A stretch of 62,528 nucleotides of DNA, filler included, from Porpidia crustulata (Eukaryota), in assembly GCA_964255105.1 (NCBI GenBank). It is 4 parts of 4 records of this genome, joined end to end, with 100 filler letters (N's around TTAATTAATTAA, not from the genome) between each part and the next. Parts side by side here need not be neighbours in the genome. Positions count along the whole stretch, not along the records: positions 31,328 to 46,886 come from CAXUWE010000298.1; positions 46,987 to 62,528 come from CAXUWE010000299.1; 2 more parts are not named here. One strand, given 5' to 3'. Position numbers and translations under genes: made by a program. Below are positions 37,742 to 49,220 of the stretch, piece by piece (position 1 is the first letter of the stretch; the number at the start of each line of letters is the position of its first letter). Under the pieces are notes generated by a model. It searched no databases. It was not told the origin of the DNA and saw only the letters and a list, made by a program, of their open reading frames with translations.

Positions 37742-38391
37742 CGATACCTGGCCACGACTCCGATCTCTTGGTGCCTGGCGGCAACAGCGAGTCATTTCAG
37801 AAGCTCCACGAGTTATACAAGTCATTGCATCCCCTTCATAATAGTGTTCCGCTCAAGTGGTGCAATGACTTTTGACACCCTCTGTGAAGAGCAGTAGACC
37901 ATGAAGTAAGATTGCTCAATAAGTGGCAAGAAATCAAGGTTGCTTCGACAGAGAAATAAGAGCCATTTAAGTCAAGTTCAACATTCCGTTACAACTGCGA
38001 AGCAGCTGCGATGCAGTTCTGCCTTGTGACACTGTTGAGGAGAAGCGGGATGGTTTTTGCCTTATCGATAGATTAACGGTAGGGTTCTGCGGGGGACTTG
38101 AAGACCGCCGGAAAACTTGTTGGTCCCCCACGTCACACGTCTAACTTCAGTAATCTGAAGATAGATAATATATCTACTTAGCTATCTGTGAAACCCACGA
38201 GACAATCTAAAGTATTTGAAACCTTTCGTTATTGTATCTTGCTCTAGCTATCTAATTGATACTGCTTCGAAGCCTTTCTATGGCTGTGCGTCTACCTATA
38301 TCAAGACCCTTCAAACTGACTATTTCTGAATATATGGTTCCCCAATCTGCTGAGATCGTAAGCGCATGCTGAAGTAACAGCGCATGGTCTC

Positions 38392-40863
38392 ATGGACGTC
38401 TCTACTTCGCCTTCGGAGGAGTCTCTTTTCATGAAGACTAGATGCTCTACGAGGCATACTGCGAGACCAGGCAATACAAAGGCCAGAACCATACTATCCA
38501 CCTTCGAGCGAATCTTAGCCACACATCGGCCTGTCGTTGAATCCCTTTTACTGCAATTACCAACATCTGCCATCCTCGATCTCTACCATACTTCCAGATT
38601 CCTTCGGTCTTTCCTACAATCGTACCCAACAGCCTGGAACCATCTTTCTTTCCGCCTCCTCAGCCTTGGACGAGCTGAGATAAGGCAACCGTCGCCTGCA
38701 AGTGATACATCCGGAGAGTTCCATCTACGCCGATCAAAGAAAAACGCCCTAGATCAGCTCCTAGTTACGGTTATTCTACCAATTGGTACCCGATTGAAGA
38801 CATTAGACTTAGATCACACTGCGGTAGGGGGGCTTGCGTTGACTGCCAATATTCTGCCTGCTAGAAGGGAGACCTTACAACACCTATCGGTCCGTGGCTG
38901 CAAGCAGGTATCGTTGAAATACCATATAGTCCCATATCTCACATTGTTCAGTCTCCAAAAATCCGTCCGCTCTTTAAATCAATCCGTTCATGTTGATCAT
39001 CTGGCTCTGAAGAGTCTCTACACATTTCGATGCCGGCATCATAGACGGCGACCATACCTCCCTGCATCGCTTTTGAGGACAGACTCAGACGCCGAGCCTA
39101 CCCATGAGCTTATCAAAATTTGCTATAATTTGGGCATATGGACAGACACCGCTTGGTGTCCAACGCCAGGAGGCCGCTGTTTGAGAAGGAAGGATTACTA
39201 CACCGGCAGAGTAAATCTGGATGGTCGTGGAGAAGTATGGGTTGTCTTCGATCGCCTATGGCGTTCTGGCAACACATTAGGGACTCATGATGTCGAGCTT
39301 ACAAATTCTGAAGTTTTCAAAGGACAACTATGGGCACAATCGGAATTTGGTTATGAGGGCGAACAATTGGGCTGTCAGGATCAGTCAGACCCGGGAGAAG
39401 GCAGAGAGGTACCTACGCATTTACGCCAGAGCCACAGGACATTCATCAATAATTTTGCATGCCATGATTGTGGGGATCAGATACGGGAGAGATGTGAGCA
39501 GTGCAGTGTGAGAATGCATTGCATGGGTTGCAGGAAGACTTTGTGTGCTAGCTGTGCTTTTGCTCGACCACTACCACGATCAAGGAGAAAGAGAGAGGAA
39601 GCTACGGTAGAATCTCCGGATCATGATAGCGGCCCTCAAGATCTTTTCTGGTGGGCTCGTGGTGAGACGAGGAGCCCGAATCTTATGATGCAAGAATCGT
39701 CGGGTGAAGATGACCACATTGGGAGTGAACCAAGTAGCTCCATTACCCCGAATTTGAAAATGCATTGGTGCTGTTTAAAACCAATGTTCTCCGGTGGTGG
39801 TGGTATTTCTTTTGTCGTTCCCGATATGAACCTGAATGGAGCGAGTGCTGGCCAAATCCGTACTGCACCACTTCCACGTGGTCGGGGCTTCGAAGATCCC
39901 GAATTCGTGCGAATCAAACAAGATGAAGACTTTCCGAGAGCAGCATATGGCAAACCCGATTCACCTGACTACACTCTTCAGGAAGGCCACGATCAAATGC
40001 TTCAATGGCTCTTACATGGACCGGGCAGCCAGGAAAATTGCATGTGCCCGCGTAGTTTGTGTCAAGAATGCTGGCAGACACCAGGATGGAGGGCTGCATG
40101 CCAAGCCTGCCATGAGCCGTTTTGTTTCGCCCATGACCTTCGTGGGTTGAAGATGAGGATATGTGGCTATAGAGACTTAACCGTGGAGAAAAGACACATG
40201 CTTGAAAGATCAATTGAGACCACTCAGATCCCGAGCAAGAAATCTGAAGACGAACTGCTAGAGGCGATTCGAAGCCTCCTTCTCATGACGGAAAATCCAC
40301 ATCACACACAAGAGCTCGCTGCTCTGACTACTCTTCCCGAAACCAACGATACCGACCTCATCATCGAGGCAGACCTTGAGCTTCCCTCGAAATCATTGTC
40401 ATCGAGTTCATATAGCATTTCCCACGATAGCCTTAGCTCAGCAAACACAACCCCTCCAACCACACCGCGGCCAGTCATGACCTCATTACCTACCCCTCCG
40501 CCACTCTGGCGTGGCTGTGCCTCCTTTCTTTGTCCGGAATACCGCCCGATTGGTGACCATCGTCCCAGATGTACCGCCGCGGCTCGCGAATGCACTCTTT
40601 GCGGCGTCCATGTATGTCCGGACTGCCTCCTGAAGGACCCTCCCTGTGATTGCTCGCATTGCAAGAAAAATTATAGGTGCCCGAGGTGTTTTGGGTGGCT
40701 TGGACAGACCCTTTGTAGGAAGGTGGAGGAGGATGAGAGGGAGAGAGTGAAGAAAGTAGCGGAAGAAGAGGAGAGAAGGAAGAAGGAGAGAGAGAGGTTA
40801 GAGGCCGATGGACTCGCTGAAATCGCGGGGGCGTTTATGGACATGGCGCGAGGGAGTATCTAG
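38392..40863 (+). CDS. Hypothetical protein with an F-box-like N-terminus, LRR-like segment and several CxxC clusters
   Basis: 823-aa ORF; VVESLLLQLPTSAILDLYHTSRFLR, LKTLDLD..LQHLSVRGC, CHDC..CEQC..CMGC..CASC, CQEC..CQAC, CTLC..CPDC..CSHC..CPRC. Confidence 0.75.
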   Translation: MDVSTSPSEESLFMKTRCSTRHTARPGNTKARTILSTFERILATHRPVVESLLLQLPTSAILDLYHTSRFLRSFLQSYPTAWNHLSFRLLSLGRAEIRQPSPASDTSGEFHLRRSKKNALDQLLVTVILPIGTRLKTLDLDHTAVGGLALTANILPARRETLQHLSVRGCKQVSLKYHIVPYLTLFSLQKSVRSLNQSVHVDHLALKSLYTFRCRHHRRRPYLPASLLRTDSDAEPTHELIKICYNLGIWTDTAWCPTPGGRCLRRKDYYTGRVNLDGRGEVWVVFDRLWRSGNTLGTHDVELTNSEVFKGQLWAQSEFGYEGEQLGCQDQSDPGEGREVPTHLRQSHRTFINNFACHDCGDQIRERCEQCSVRMHCMGCRKTLCASCAFARPLPRSRRKREEATVESPDHDSGPQDLFWWARGETRSPNLMMQESSGEDDHIGSEPSSSITPNLKMHWCCLKPMFSGGGGISFVVPDMNLNGASAGQIRTAPLPRGRGFEDPEFVRIKQDEDFPRAAYGKPDSPDYTLQEGHDQMLQWLLHGPGSQENCMCPRSLCQECWQTPGWRAACQACHEPFCFAHDLRGLKMRICGYRDLTVEKRHMLERSIETTQIPSKKSEDELLEAIRSLLLMTENPHHTQELAALTTLPETNDTDLIIEADLELPSKSLSSSSYSISHDSLSSANTTPPTTPRPVMTSLPTPPPLWRGCASFLCPEYRPIGDHRPRCTAAARECTLCGVHVCPDCLLKDPPCDCSHCKKNYRCPRCFGWLGQTLCRKVEEDERERVKKVAEEEERRKKERERLEADGLAEIAGAFMDMARGSI

Positions 40864-42310
40864 GCGAAAAAATGCAGTGCAGGAAAATCAGGCGTACGGG
40901 CTGCACACATTTGGAGGGGAAAATGGCGTCTGTATATCACCGGGCTTCAGATAGGCACATAAAGGGCGGGGATTCTGAACGGCAATTTGCGGGTATTGGG
41001 ATCTCCATATCTGTGTATCAAGGCCTTTTGGCCTTCGCTTGTGGGTAACAGGGTGAACTACCTAGCTCTTATCCATCTTTCAACTCCGGCTAAAAAGATG
41101 TGACGAATACTACAGAAAGCCTAGACTCCTAACCCTAGGTACCTATGCTTCCGTCACAATCACCTACCCCGCCATCCCCATGACATCCTGCACGTCCGGA
41201 ATACCGCCGGTGGACGACGGCCACAGTCGTGAACCCCTCCCTCGCCCCACATCGTTGCATCGATCCCGCGGAATTTCTCGCGCCCGCCTTCAATCCAGCC
41301 CGCGACCTCTTGCGTAAATGACTTGATCTCATCGTGTCACGCCCATTGAAACCCCCAATAACCTTTCATATACTGTTCCCTTCAAGCACGAGTTCATCGT
41401 GCAACCAACGGAATGGCATCCTCGTCCAGCATCTCATATCGGTGTTGTCTGTAGGGTCTGTACCGTGAAATAGGGAACCTGAACCGTATCTTCGGACTCG
41501 ACATCCGCCAGCGGAAGCGCGGGCGCGGGAGGGAGGACGTAAGAGGGTGGAGGGCGAGGCCGATGGTTGCGAGGTAGATCATTTGAGGGGTTTTGGAGGG
41601 GATGGAAAAGCGGATTTGGGTAATGAGAGAGGGAAGGGGAAGGTGTGAGGGTTTATGAGAGAGATGTGATGGGGTTTAGGGGGATGCAAGGAACAGTTTT
41701 GGGACTTGGTGTATGTTGTGGGAGGGCTGAGGGGGGCTGAGAGGGCTACGAAGGATAGCGGAGGATTGCGTGGGATGGTTGCGGATTATGGGAGAGTTGA
41801 ATGATCAGAGGCTGAATGCTGTAAGAAAGCAGAATGGCCAACTTTCTCGGGGATTCATGGAGTACATGGATTGGTAGATAATGGTATACAGTTCTGACAT
41901 CCAACAGCCTAGTCTTCGATACTAAGCTGGGCAAAATGGACCTGCGCATGGATCACTTCCACAAGGAAGCCTGCGTGATGTTTGCATTCGTCAAACGCTT
42001 GACGGCAGGAACTTGCAGCGCTGACACTCGAACAAGCCCCATAATGCTTCTACTACAATTGGACGAAAGACCTTGATACACATCTCACCGATGTCTTAGT
42101 CGGCATTTTCCTTACCGGGCGTCCCTAACCAAATGCTACACTAGTCACGCTCGGCTGTCGTACTTGTCTCGTCGGGCATACGAATCAGTCTCGAGATTGA
42201 CTATTTATCGCCTGTATAGAACAGATTTACACTAACGCAATACTGCCCTCACAATCTTATCAATCGTCAGGGGCGGAGTATCCTATTTATATACCAAATA
42301 AGCAATTTTG

Positions 42311-42682
42311 CTTGGCTTTCACTAGAGGCCTTTCGGCAAAGGAAGCTTGGCAGCGTGACGGCCAGGGCAAGAGATCGCCTTCGACAGCCCAGTCGGCTTG
42401 TTTACATCAAAGGAGTCTTTGATCGAAGTAGGCTTCATATTTGTTGGTGTTATATCTGCGTATCTATTTGCACATTTTGTATCTTTAACCGATTGCGTTG
42501 AGAAAAAGAGCAAAGTGCTTTTCCTACGATGCGACGTCGGTTCCACGTCATTCGCCGAGACGATCAGGAGTTCCTGTTCTATGCGCTCGGTGTGCTCTCA
42601 ATTTGCTGTGCCGACACCCTGAGTCCTCTATTTAGACTGACCGCATGTTCTAGGATCGCCATCATCCTTCGTAAGGCTTGGC
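42311..42682. promoter_or_regulatory. Cluster of four PacC/Rim101 consensus sites (GCCARG) upstream of palF
   Basis: CTTGGC at 42311, 42346 and 42677; GCCAGG at 42361. Confidence 0.55.
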
Positions 42683-42732
42683 CTCGATCTCGAGCTACAG
42701 GGCAGCTGCATGGTGGGATTTAAAGTAATTTG

Positions 42733-45098
42733 ATGATGGGAACATCCGTCGAGATTTCGGCAGATACAGTCCCTCCTACAACGACGGCACAGTCACTGTT
42801 TGCCAAGCTCAAAGCCACTTATACCCCGAAAAAGCGCAACTTCTCCGAATATTACATCGACCCCCTCGAGCCATACCGCCAATACTCTCCTGGTGACGCA
42901 GTCAAAGGCTCTGTTGTTGTCAATGTAGTACGCCCCTTCAGGATTACTCACTTGACCATTTGTCTCCACGGCTTTGTCAAAGTCTTTCAGAATGCAAAGA
43001 TCCCAGGCGAAAGCATTTCCCACGAAGGAAGGCGTCCAGACACAAACAGGGGCGCAGGCAAACGCGGTTCGGAATACTTCGGTAACGGCTTTGCTTCGCT
43101 TTTCGAGAACGAGGTCACTATCTGTGGCGAAGGCCGACTAGACATCGGTAAGTATGTGTTTCACTTCGACCTCGAGCTTCCATCCAATGGGTTGCCAACC
43201 AGTATTGATGTACGTATCATGAATGAACAAGGTACTCTAGGTTAGACTGATCAACTACTTAGTTTGAACGAGGTACAATCGCATACCTCCTTACGTCGAC
43301 ATTGACTAGGCCAACAGCGCTATCGCCAGCCTCGAGATGCGATCGCAAAATCTCCCTTGTTGAGACTATCGACATAGCGCCGTTGCCGCAGCCTAAGCCT
43401 CGAATTGTCTCCATAGAGACGGTCACCAAAAAGTCGAAAACAAGACTAGGAGCGAAGTTAGCTATCCCCACAACACAGAATATTAAGGGAGTCAGTCTCT
43501 TGGTCCCCCAGCAGCGCGGACATATAGAAAGTAATGGCCATGCGCTATCTCAAAACGCAAATGAGCTCCCAAGAAGCCCTGCCTTCAGCGAACACAGTTC
43601 AGCGGGTGGCGTCAGTAGTGGCACTTCAAGTTGTCTGACAGAGTCGCCCCCCTTGAGTAGGGGAGCTAGTGTAGCCTATCGTCGCAACAGTATCGCTTCT
43701 GATACGAGTAGGATTGTTACCGCAATGACAGAACTTGCATGTGCAGGGTGCCTGCCTGGTGATATTGTACCATTGAAAATCTCAGTGGACCACACAAAGC
43801 CAATCAAAGCCATGCAAGGCATTATTATCACGCTGTATCGTCAGGGCCGTGTCGATACTTCGCCCACGATTCCGCTTGGGCCAGCAATTGAGGGGCAGAA
43901 GCAGGAGTATGAATACTATCCCAAGTCATTGACTGGGCTCGGGGGTCTATCCCTATCATCGGCGGGGTCAAGTAGGCTTTTTCGACAGGACTTAAACCAA
44001 ACGCTTACGCCACTCATAATAGACCCTCGGTCGCTTACTGCTATAGTTAGGACTTCAATACAGGTTCCGGAGAATGTCTTCCCCACCGTATCTTCGACCC
44101 CTGGAGCGATGATTAGCTTCAAGTACTACCTCGAAGTCGTCATCGATCTCCGCGGAAAGCCTGTCAACCAAGATAGATTCCGTCCTCGACTAGGCATGGT
44201 GAATGCGGCTCCCAGCCATGGACAAGGCGATCCTACAATCAACGGTGTGGATGGCATAACAGGCTCTGCAACGTCCGGCTTTTGCTCTCTGGACACACGT
44301 CAAATGCGGAGGGAGAAGGGTGTCGTCTCTACCGTATTCGAAATCATCGTAGGAACGAGGGATAGCAGTAGACAATTCTTGAAATCAAAAGAGAAAATAA
44401 AATGTTCTTTCGACGGGCGACTGGGTATCCAAGGCAACAGTGACGGTGAAAATGGCGCTATCGTGCTCTCTGAAACCTCTGGTAGTGGCCAGCTAAGTGA
44501 AGATAATCCGCAGGATTCCGTACTGGACATGTCAAGCTCTCGTTCAGCGATGATTCCGCCTCCTTTGGTCGATTATCTAGATGAGAAAACCCGACTCAAG
44601 CAAGCTGAGGAGCGACTTTTGCCTAGTGCACCACCTGAAAATAACGAGTCTGCATCTTCTGCAAATTCCAACAACCAACCATCAGCTCCGAGTGCATCCA
44701 CTACTTACAATCGTTCCTTGGCATTAAATCATTCGCAACAGAGTGCGCCTCAATATGACGGAGCCCTAGTACCACGCTTTACCACCACAGCCCCATTCGC
44801 AAGCATTACGAACCTGGCATATCGGGATGTTGATCTTGATTCCTCAGCTGCTGACCCTCAAGACGACAAGCAAGAGTTAGAGCGCCAGCGTCTACAGATT
44901 GCTGCTAGTTCACCAGGCGATGCGCCTGATATTGCTGCTTCTGAGCAGGACGTTCGACAAACATCAATAGAACCGACGGCTCCTATTCTCAGCGATGATC
45001 ACTCGAATCAGTACTACGGCCCAATTGGTTTGAGAACTGCCCTAGCCGCGGTCGAGCCTTCTATGAGCATCGAGAATCTACCTACATATAAAAAATAA
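42733..45098 (+). CDS. palF: pH-response arrestin PalF/Rim8; 2 exons
   Basis: EYFGNGFASLFENEVTICGEGRL, LPTSID/FERGTIAY (intron 43210-43262), YYPKSLTGLGGLSLSSAGS, DEKTRLKQAEERLLPS, DDKQELERQRL, C-terminal LPTY. Confidence 0.93.
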
Positions 45099-45632
45099 AA
45101 CAAAAATTTAAGCGGACCATTGCTGATGCATTGGAATAAGGAACGACGGTATGAAAAGGGCAACATGGCGTATAGGCGCCTTATTTGGATATACCCCGTG
45201 AAATAAGCGTTTGAATTTTATATACATGTATCTGTTCTACTGAGCTTGTTCAAAGCTGCTACATCCTTTGCTAACAATTTTGCGCTATGATATATCTGCT
45301 CAGCTATGAACAGGAAAGACAAAATCACCGGGCGGGCATCCCCATGATACCCTCACGTGTGGATTAATCGCGCTCACCTCATTACTACCTGGCTAATCTC
45401 TCGATTGTCCAAAAGACAATGCCATTGAGCGACGAGAACGGAAAACACCATTTGGTCTGGGCACGTCGACAAAGAGTGAAATGAACAATGGTACAATGCA
45501 GTTGTAAGTGCTTTCTAATGTCATGCCCGCTCTCAAATTCAAATTTCACTCGAATGAAAAGTCCCTACGTTTCTCCATCACTTACAAATTTCCTTCCCAA
45601 TCTCTGTAACATTTCTGCTCGATAAATCATCC

Positions 45633-46844
45633 ATGCTTGCCGATCAACGATATTTGCATACACTTGCTGCCATGCATCAGAATGCCCTGTATGGCTGCGG
45701 CCATGATAGTGATTTCGCCAATTCAGAGGAAGACCCAGAGATTTTCCTATCAGAACTCTGCCCGCATTGCGAATTCAGTGCGAGGTTCGGCAGTGTCGGC
45801 AGTGTCGGCAGCGTCAGCTCCCTCGACCCCATGGAGGGATCACCGTCAATTGCCTCGGATGTAAGTACATCAAGACCAGGACTTTCCGTCAGACCTTCAG
45901 ATGACCCCGACGGCGAAGGTCTCGATGACCCCAGTATCTGTCGAGAGATCGTAATTGACGATGCGGATGCATTTGGATGGGAGGCCGATTTTCAAAAGGA
46001 GGCCGAATATCGGATATATCCAGAGATGGAGTATGAAGAACCCACGGCGACGCATGTGGAGCATTTATCAAGCTCGCTGGACAAAGAATTGCCTAGCAAG
46101 CAAGATGCCGGGGTCACTCTCGAAGCTCCTGGCTCAAATATTGCTCTCCAGAAGTACAACGAAGCCATTCCCAACGGACGTGCGATTGCCATTACCCCTG
46201 GGACTGGCCTACTTTGTGGCTTTGCGGCGGTTATCATAAGCATGGAGCTGTGCTTTCCCGATATGCACCGCCCGAGGGTTAGCAACCTAGAAGAAACCTT
46301 CAATTCCCCAAAGTTTCAGGAAGCCACAAAGGATTTCGGTTTGACGAACACCAACTATTTCCACCTCAATCAGATTGGGGCAGCTTTGTATCACTTCTCT
46401 GCGCCGTTCGGCCTGAACCTTCAAGTAGGATGCGTCCGTGAAGTGGAAGCGCCGTTGCTGGTGCCACATCCGAATGACGAACCGACCACCGTTGTGTGGA
46501 TCCACCATGCCCCCAGCCATTTCTCCGGACTGCGACCGAAGAAAACGGATTCCTTTCGAGAGATCAATGGTCTCGGATCCTCAGTTGATATGCACGTCGA
46601 AGCTGACGGTGTCAAAACTGATGAATTGCGGCCTATTGAAATTGATCAAGCTCAGTCCGATGGCGGGTGGCTGAAAGTGGATCAAGACGAGAGTTCCGCG
46701 AGCAAAAGCCCGATATCCTTGGGCCTCCGTGGTGGCGGAGGCGGCGACATGCTCAGAAAAGCATCAGATTTGTCGAACGAGGAATGGGATGCTCATGACC
46801 AAAAGGAGGACACGGACGAGGATGAGAACAACGAACGTCAATAA
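45633..46844 (+). CDS. Orphan protein with an N-terminal CGH..CxxC motif, OTU-like Cys/His motifs and an LRGG motif
   Basis: 403-aa ORF; YGCGH..CPHC; TPGTGLLCGFAAV; VWIHHAPSHFSGL; LGLRGGGGG. The 3' end is close to the contig end. Confidence 0.6.
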   Translation: MLADQRYLHTLAAMHQNALYGCGHDSDFANSEEDPEIFLSELCPHCEFSARFGSVGSVGSVSSLDPMEGSPSIASDVSTSRPGLSVRPSDDPDGEGLDDPSICREIVIDDADAFGWEADFQKEAEYRIYPEMEYEEPTATHVEHLSSSLDKELPSKQDAGVTLEAPGSNIALQKYNEAIPNGRAIAITPGTGLLCGFAAVIISMELCFPDMHRPRVSNLEETFNSPKFQEATKDFGLTNTNYFHLNQIGAALYHFSAPFGLNLQVGCVREVEAPLLVPHPNDEPTTVVWIHHAPSHFSGLRPKKTDSFREINGLGSSVDMHVEADGVKTDELRPIEIDQAQSDGGWLKVDQDESSASKSPISLGLRGGGGGDMLRKASDLSNEEWDAHDQKEDTDEDENNERQ

Positions 46845-46886
46845 CCCCCAACACCAAACGCCCCACCTCACTCCAAATCCAAACCC

Positions 46887-46986
46887 NNNNNNNNNNNNNN
46901 NNNNNNNNNNNNNNNNNNNNNNNNNNNNNNTTAATTAATTAANNNNNNNNNNNNNNNNNNNNNNNNNNNNNNNNNNNNNNNNNNNN
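46887..46986. other. Artificial contig linker
   Basis: N44-TTAATTAATTAA-N44. Confidence 0.97.
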
Positions 46987-47059
46987 ACCGTGCTTCATAG
47001 CCCTAGGCTGCATAAGCACGTAAAAATGAAGAAATAAAAAAAAAATCTCCACTTCAATT

Positions 47060-49220
47060 TTACACAACTACCCACGGTGTGGTCGACGAGAGGGCCAGAT
47101 TGCTTTCATCTCTCTTTTTGATCGCACTGGCGTATGTCTCCCACGATGCTCCGACCCCGAGTGCTCTTTTGGCGTGCAAGCTTAGGATGGAGAGGCCGTG
47201 GATATAACTCGCATTTGTCCATCCGAATCTGTCGTATAATGTCAGCATGGCCTGATCTCTGGTGGATGCCTCGTTCTCGCTGGAGTATCTCACCCTTCTC
47301 GTGGTGCAAATTTAAATTCTAGCCCCTGATTTCCATATTCGGCATCCACTCTGTGCGAATGATGCAGTTGCGTCACGTCATATTTCTCAACAATTGTTCC
47401 GTTGTAATCGGCGAAAGTTTTGGTGACCATGTGAATCCATCGGTAGGTCAATCGTTCCGCCTCCTCGTGATAACCGTATTTCTTCAGGCCATCCCACGCA
47501 AGCATCTGGTGCGGAGCCCAGCCATAAGGAAAGTCCCACTGCTTCTGTGGCCTCGTCTTACTGGTAGGGCCTCGCGAATGCTCGGTTCCTGTGGCAAGAC
47601 CTCCTTTGCATTCGAATTTAGGAAGGCCTCGCTCAACCAGCAGCGCGGCTTGGTGAGGGCTGGCAACTCCGCACCAAAGCGCCCACAAGGACGTGGTTGA
47701 CTCGAATTGGGATTGTTGCTTGATGGCAGTGTTATAGTCAAAATAGAGGCCTTTGGCTTCGTTCCATAAATGCTTGTTGACGAGCATCCTCCTCCGCCTT
47801 GCTCTCAAATCCCAGAGAGCTGATGTTTCTATGTGATCAGCCTCCTGACCTGGAGCGCAGAAAGCAGCGGATACCATGAGATGATCCTCAAACACTGTTC
47901 GAATAACCTTCGCAATATCTGTCTCGTAGCGATATAGTAAGCAATTAAGGTCAATTGTGGCCAAGTCGGCTGCGACATGCTCCAATCGATTCGATGTGTC
48001 ATGTCCGTTTTCCCTCACTGCCCTGTCATGAAGACAGAACTCATCAAGATCTGGCGAGTCGATTTCCCCGTCGTTGTACGCGTTTGTGAATTGCTCGAGC
48101 GTCATATTATATTTAACAGCGTAAGGCGCCACGATATGGGAGAAATTCGTAGGCTCGCACTCGGGAGGGAATCCCGCACCAATAGGTCGGTATCGTGATA
48201 ACCCGGAAACCTTGTCGTATCTTGGCTCTGACATCCAATAACTATGATATTCTTTCATTGCCGCCAACATTGCAGTTCTCAAGAGCTCTCGAGAACCTGA
48301 CTCATGCCTTGTCGCTTCATACGTCCGTAAAGCAAGATCGGTCAGAAAGGGCGGCTGAGATCTTCCGAGATAGTACGAACGATTCGCGTTCAGTATCTTG
48401 CCGTAGTGCTTGATTTCAAAACAGAAATGCCGTATGATGGACTTGACAACGTCTGAGTGGCTGCTTAGCATTCCCCATGCACAGAAGCAGCTGTCCCAAT
48501 TGTAGAGCTCATTAAAGCGTCCTCCGGGTACGATGAAAGGCAAGCCCTTCAGTTCCTTGCCCCCCAGACCTCCGCTAGCGACCTTCACATCCATCTCCAG
48601 TGCTAGTATTCCAGGCTTAAGATTCAAACTTTTGACAAATTCGGCCGTAATCTCAGCCTCGGGAAGCCATTGTACGTCTAAGCACATCTCTGGTCTTGTC
48701 TCGGCAATTTCGCTGTAGTAGGCGAATTGCTCAGGTGCTCCCCGAGGAACATAGATTCTTGGTGAAGAGTCTATAGTTTTCGGATCCTTTGCAGCTATTT
48801 CGATGCCGGAGCTGTCGATATGTCTGATTAGATTATCCCAGAATGTTCCTTTGATGAGTCGCTGAAGTCGACATACTGGGTCCTCTTGAAGACGAGATTC
48901 ATCGAGGACTACGAGCTTGCAGCCTCTGTCACGAGCTAAGGAAAGTTCTTGGAGAAGACTGGCAAGCCTGTAATTCCCCCGAATGCATATTTGATGGTGG
49001 CTGTCAGAGCCGAATGCGCCCAATGGGAAAGACTTTGATTTGAAGAATTTAGCATGTATGTCTCAACAACTGCTGCGAAGAACACTCTACCTTTGGTCCG
49101 CAGTCATTGACTGTGATTTTCGAATCGTAATCCAAGTCTTCGCTTTGCAACAGACTTTCTATGGCTGAATCTACAGCTATGGGAAATCGAATTTTACCCA
49201 CAAGGTCCTCATCTGATACC
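47060..49220 (-). CDS. Neutral trehalase (GH37, Nth1-like), divergent; 5' exons unresolved
   Basis: EDLDYDSKITVNDCGPK Ca-binding-like segment, VPGGRFNELYNWDS, LNANRSYYLGRSQPPFL, QWDFPYGWAPHQ, EKYD, AEYGNQG, EG/FGWTNAS. Introns 49090-49033 and 47293-47229. Confidence 0.92.

Noticed and set aside
38280..38391. Upstream exon with a 23-nt GTAAGC..CAG micro-intron for the F-box-like gene
   Set aside because: The intron is implausibly short and splicing it does not restore the main frame.
41135..41949. Short minus-strand ORFs between the F-box-like gene and palF
   Set aside because: No domain or convincing splice model; compositionally biased sequence.
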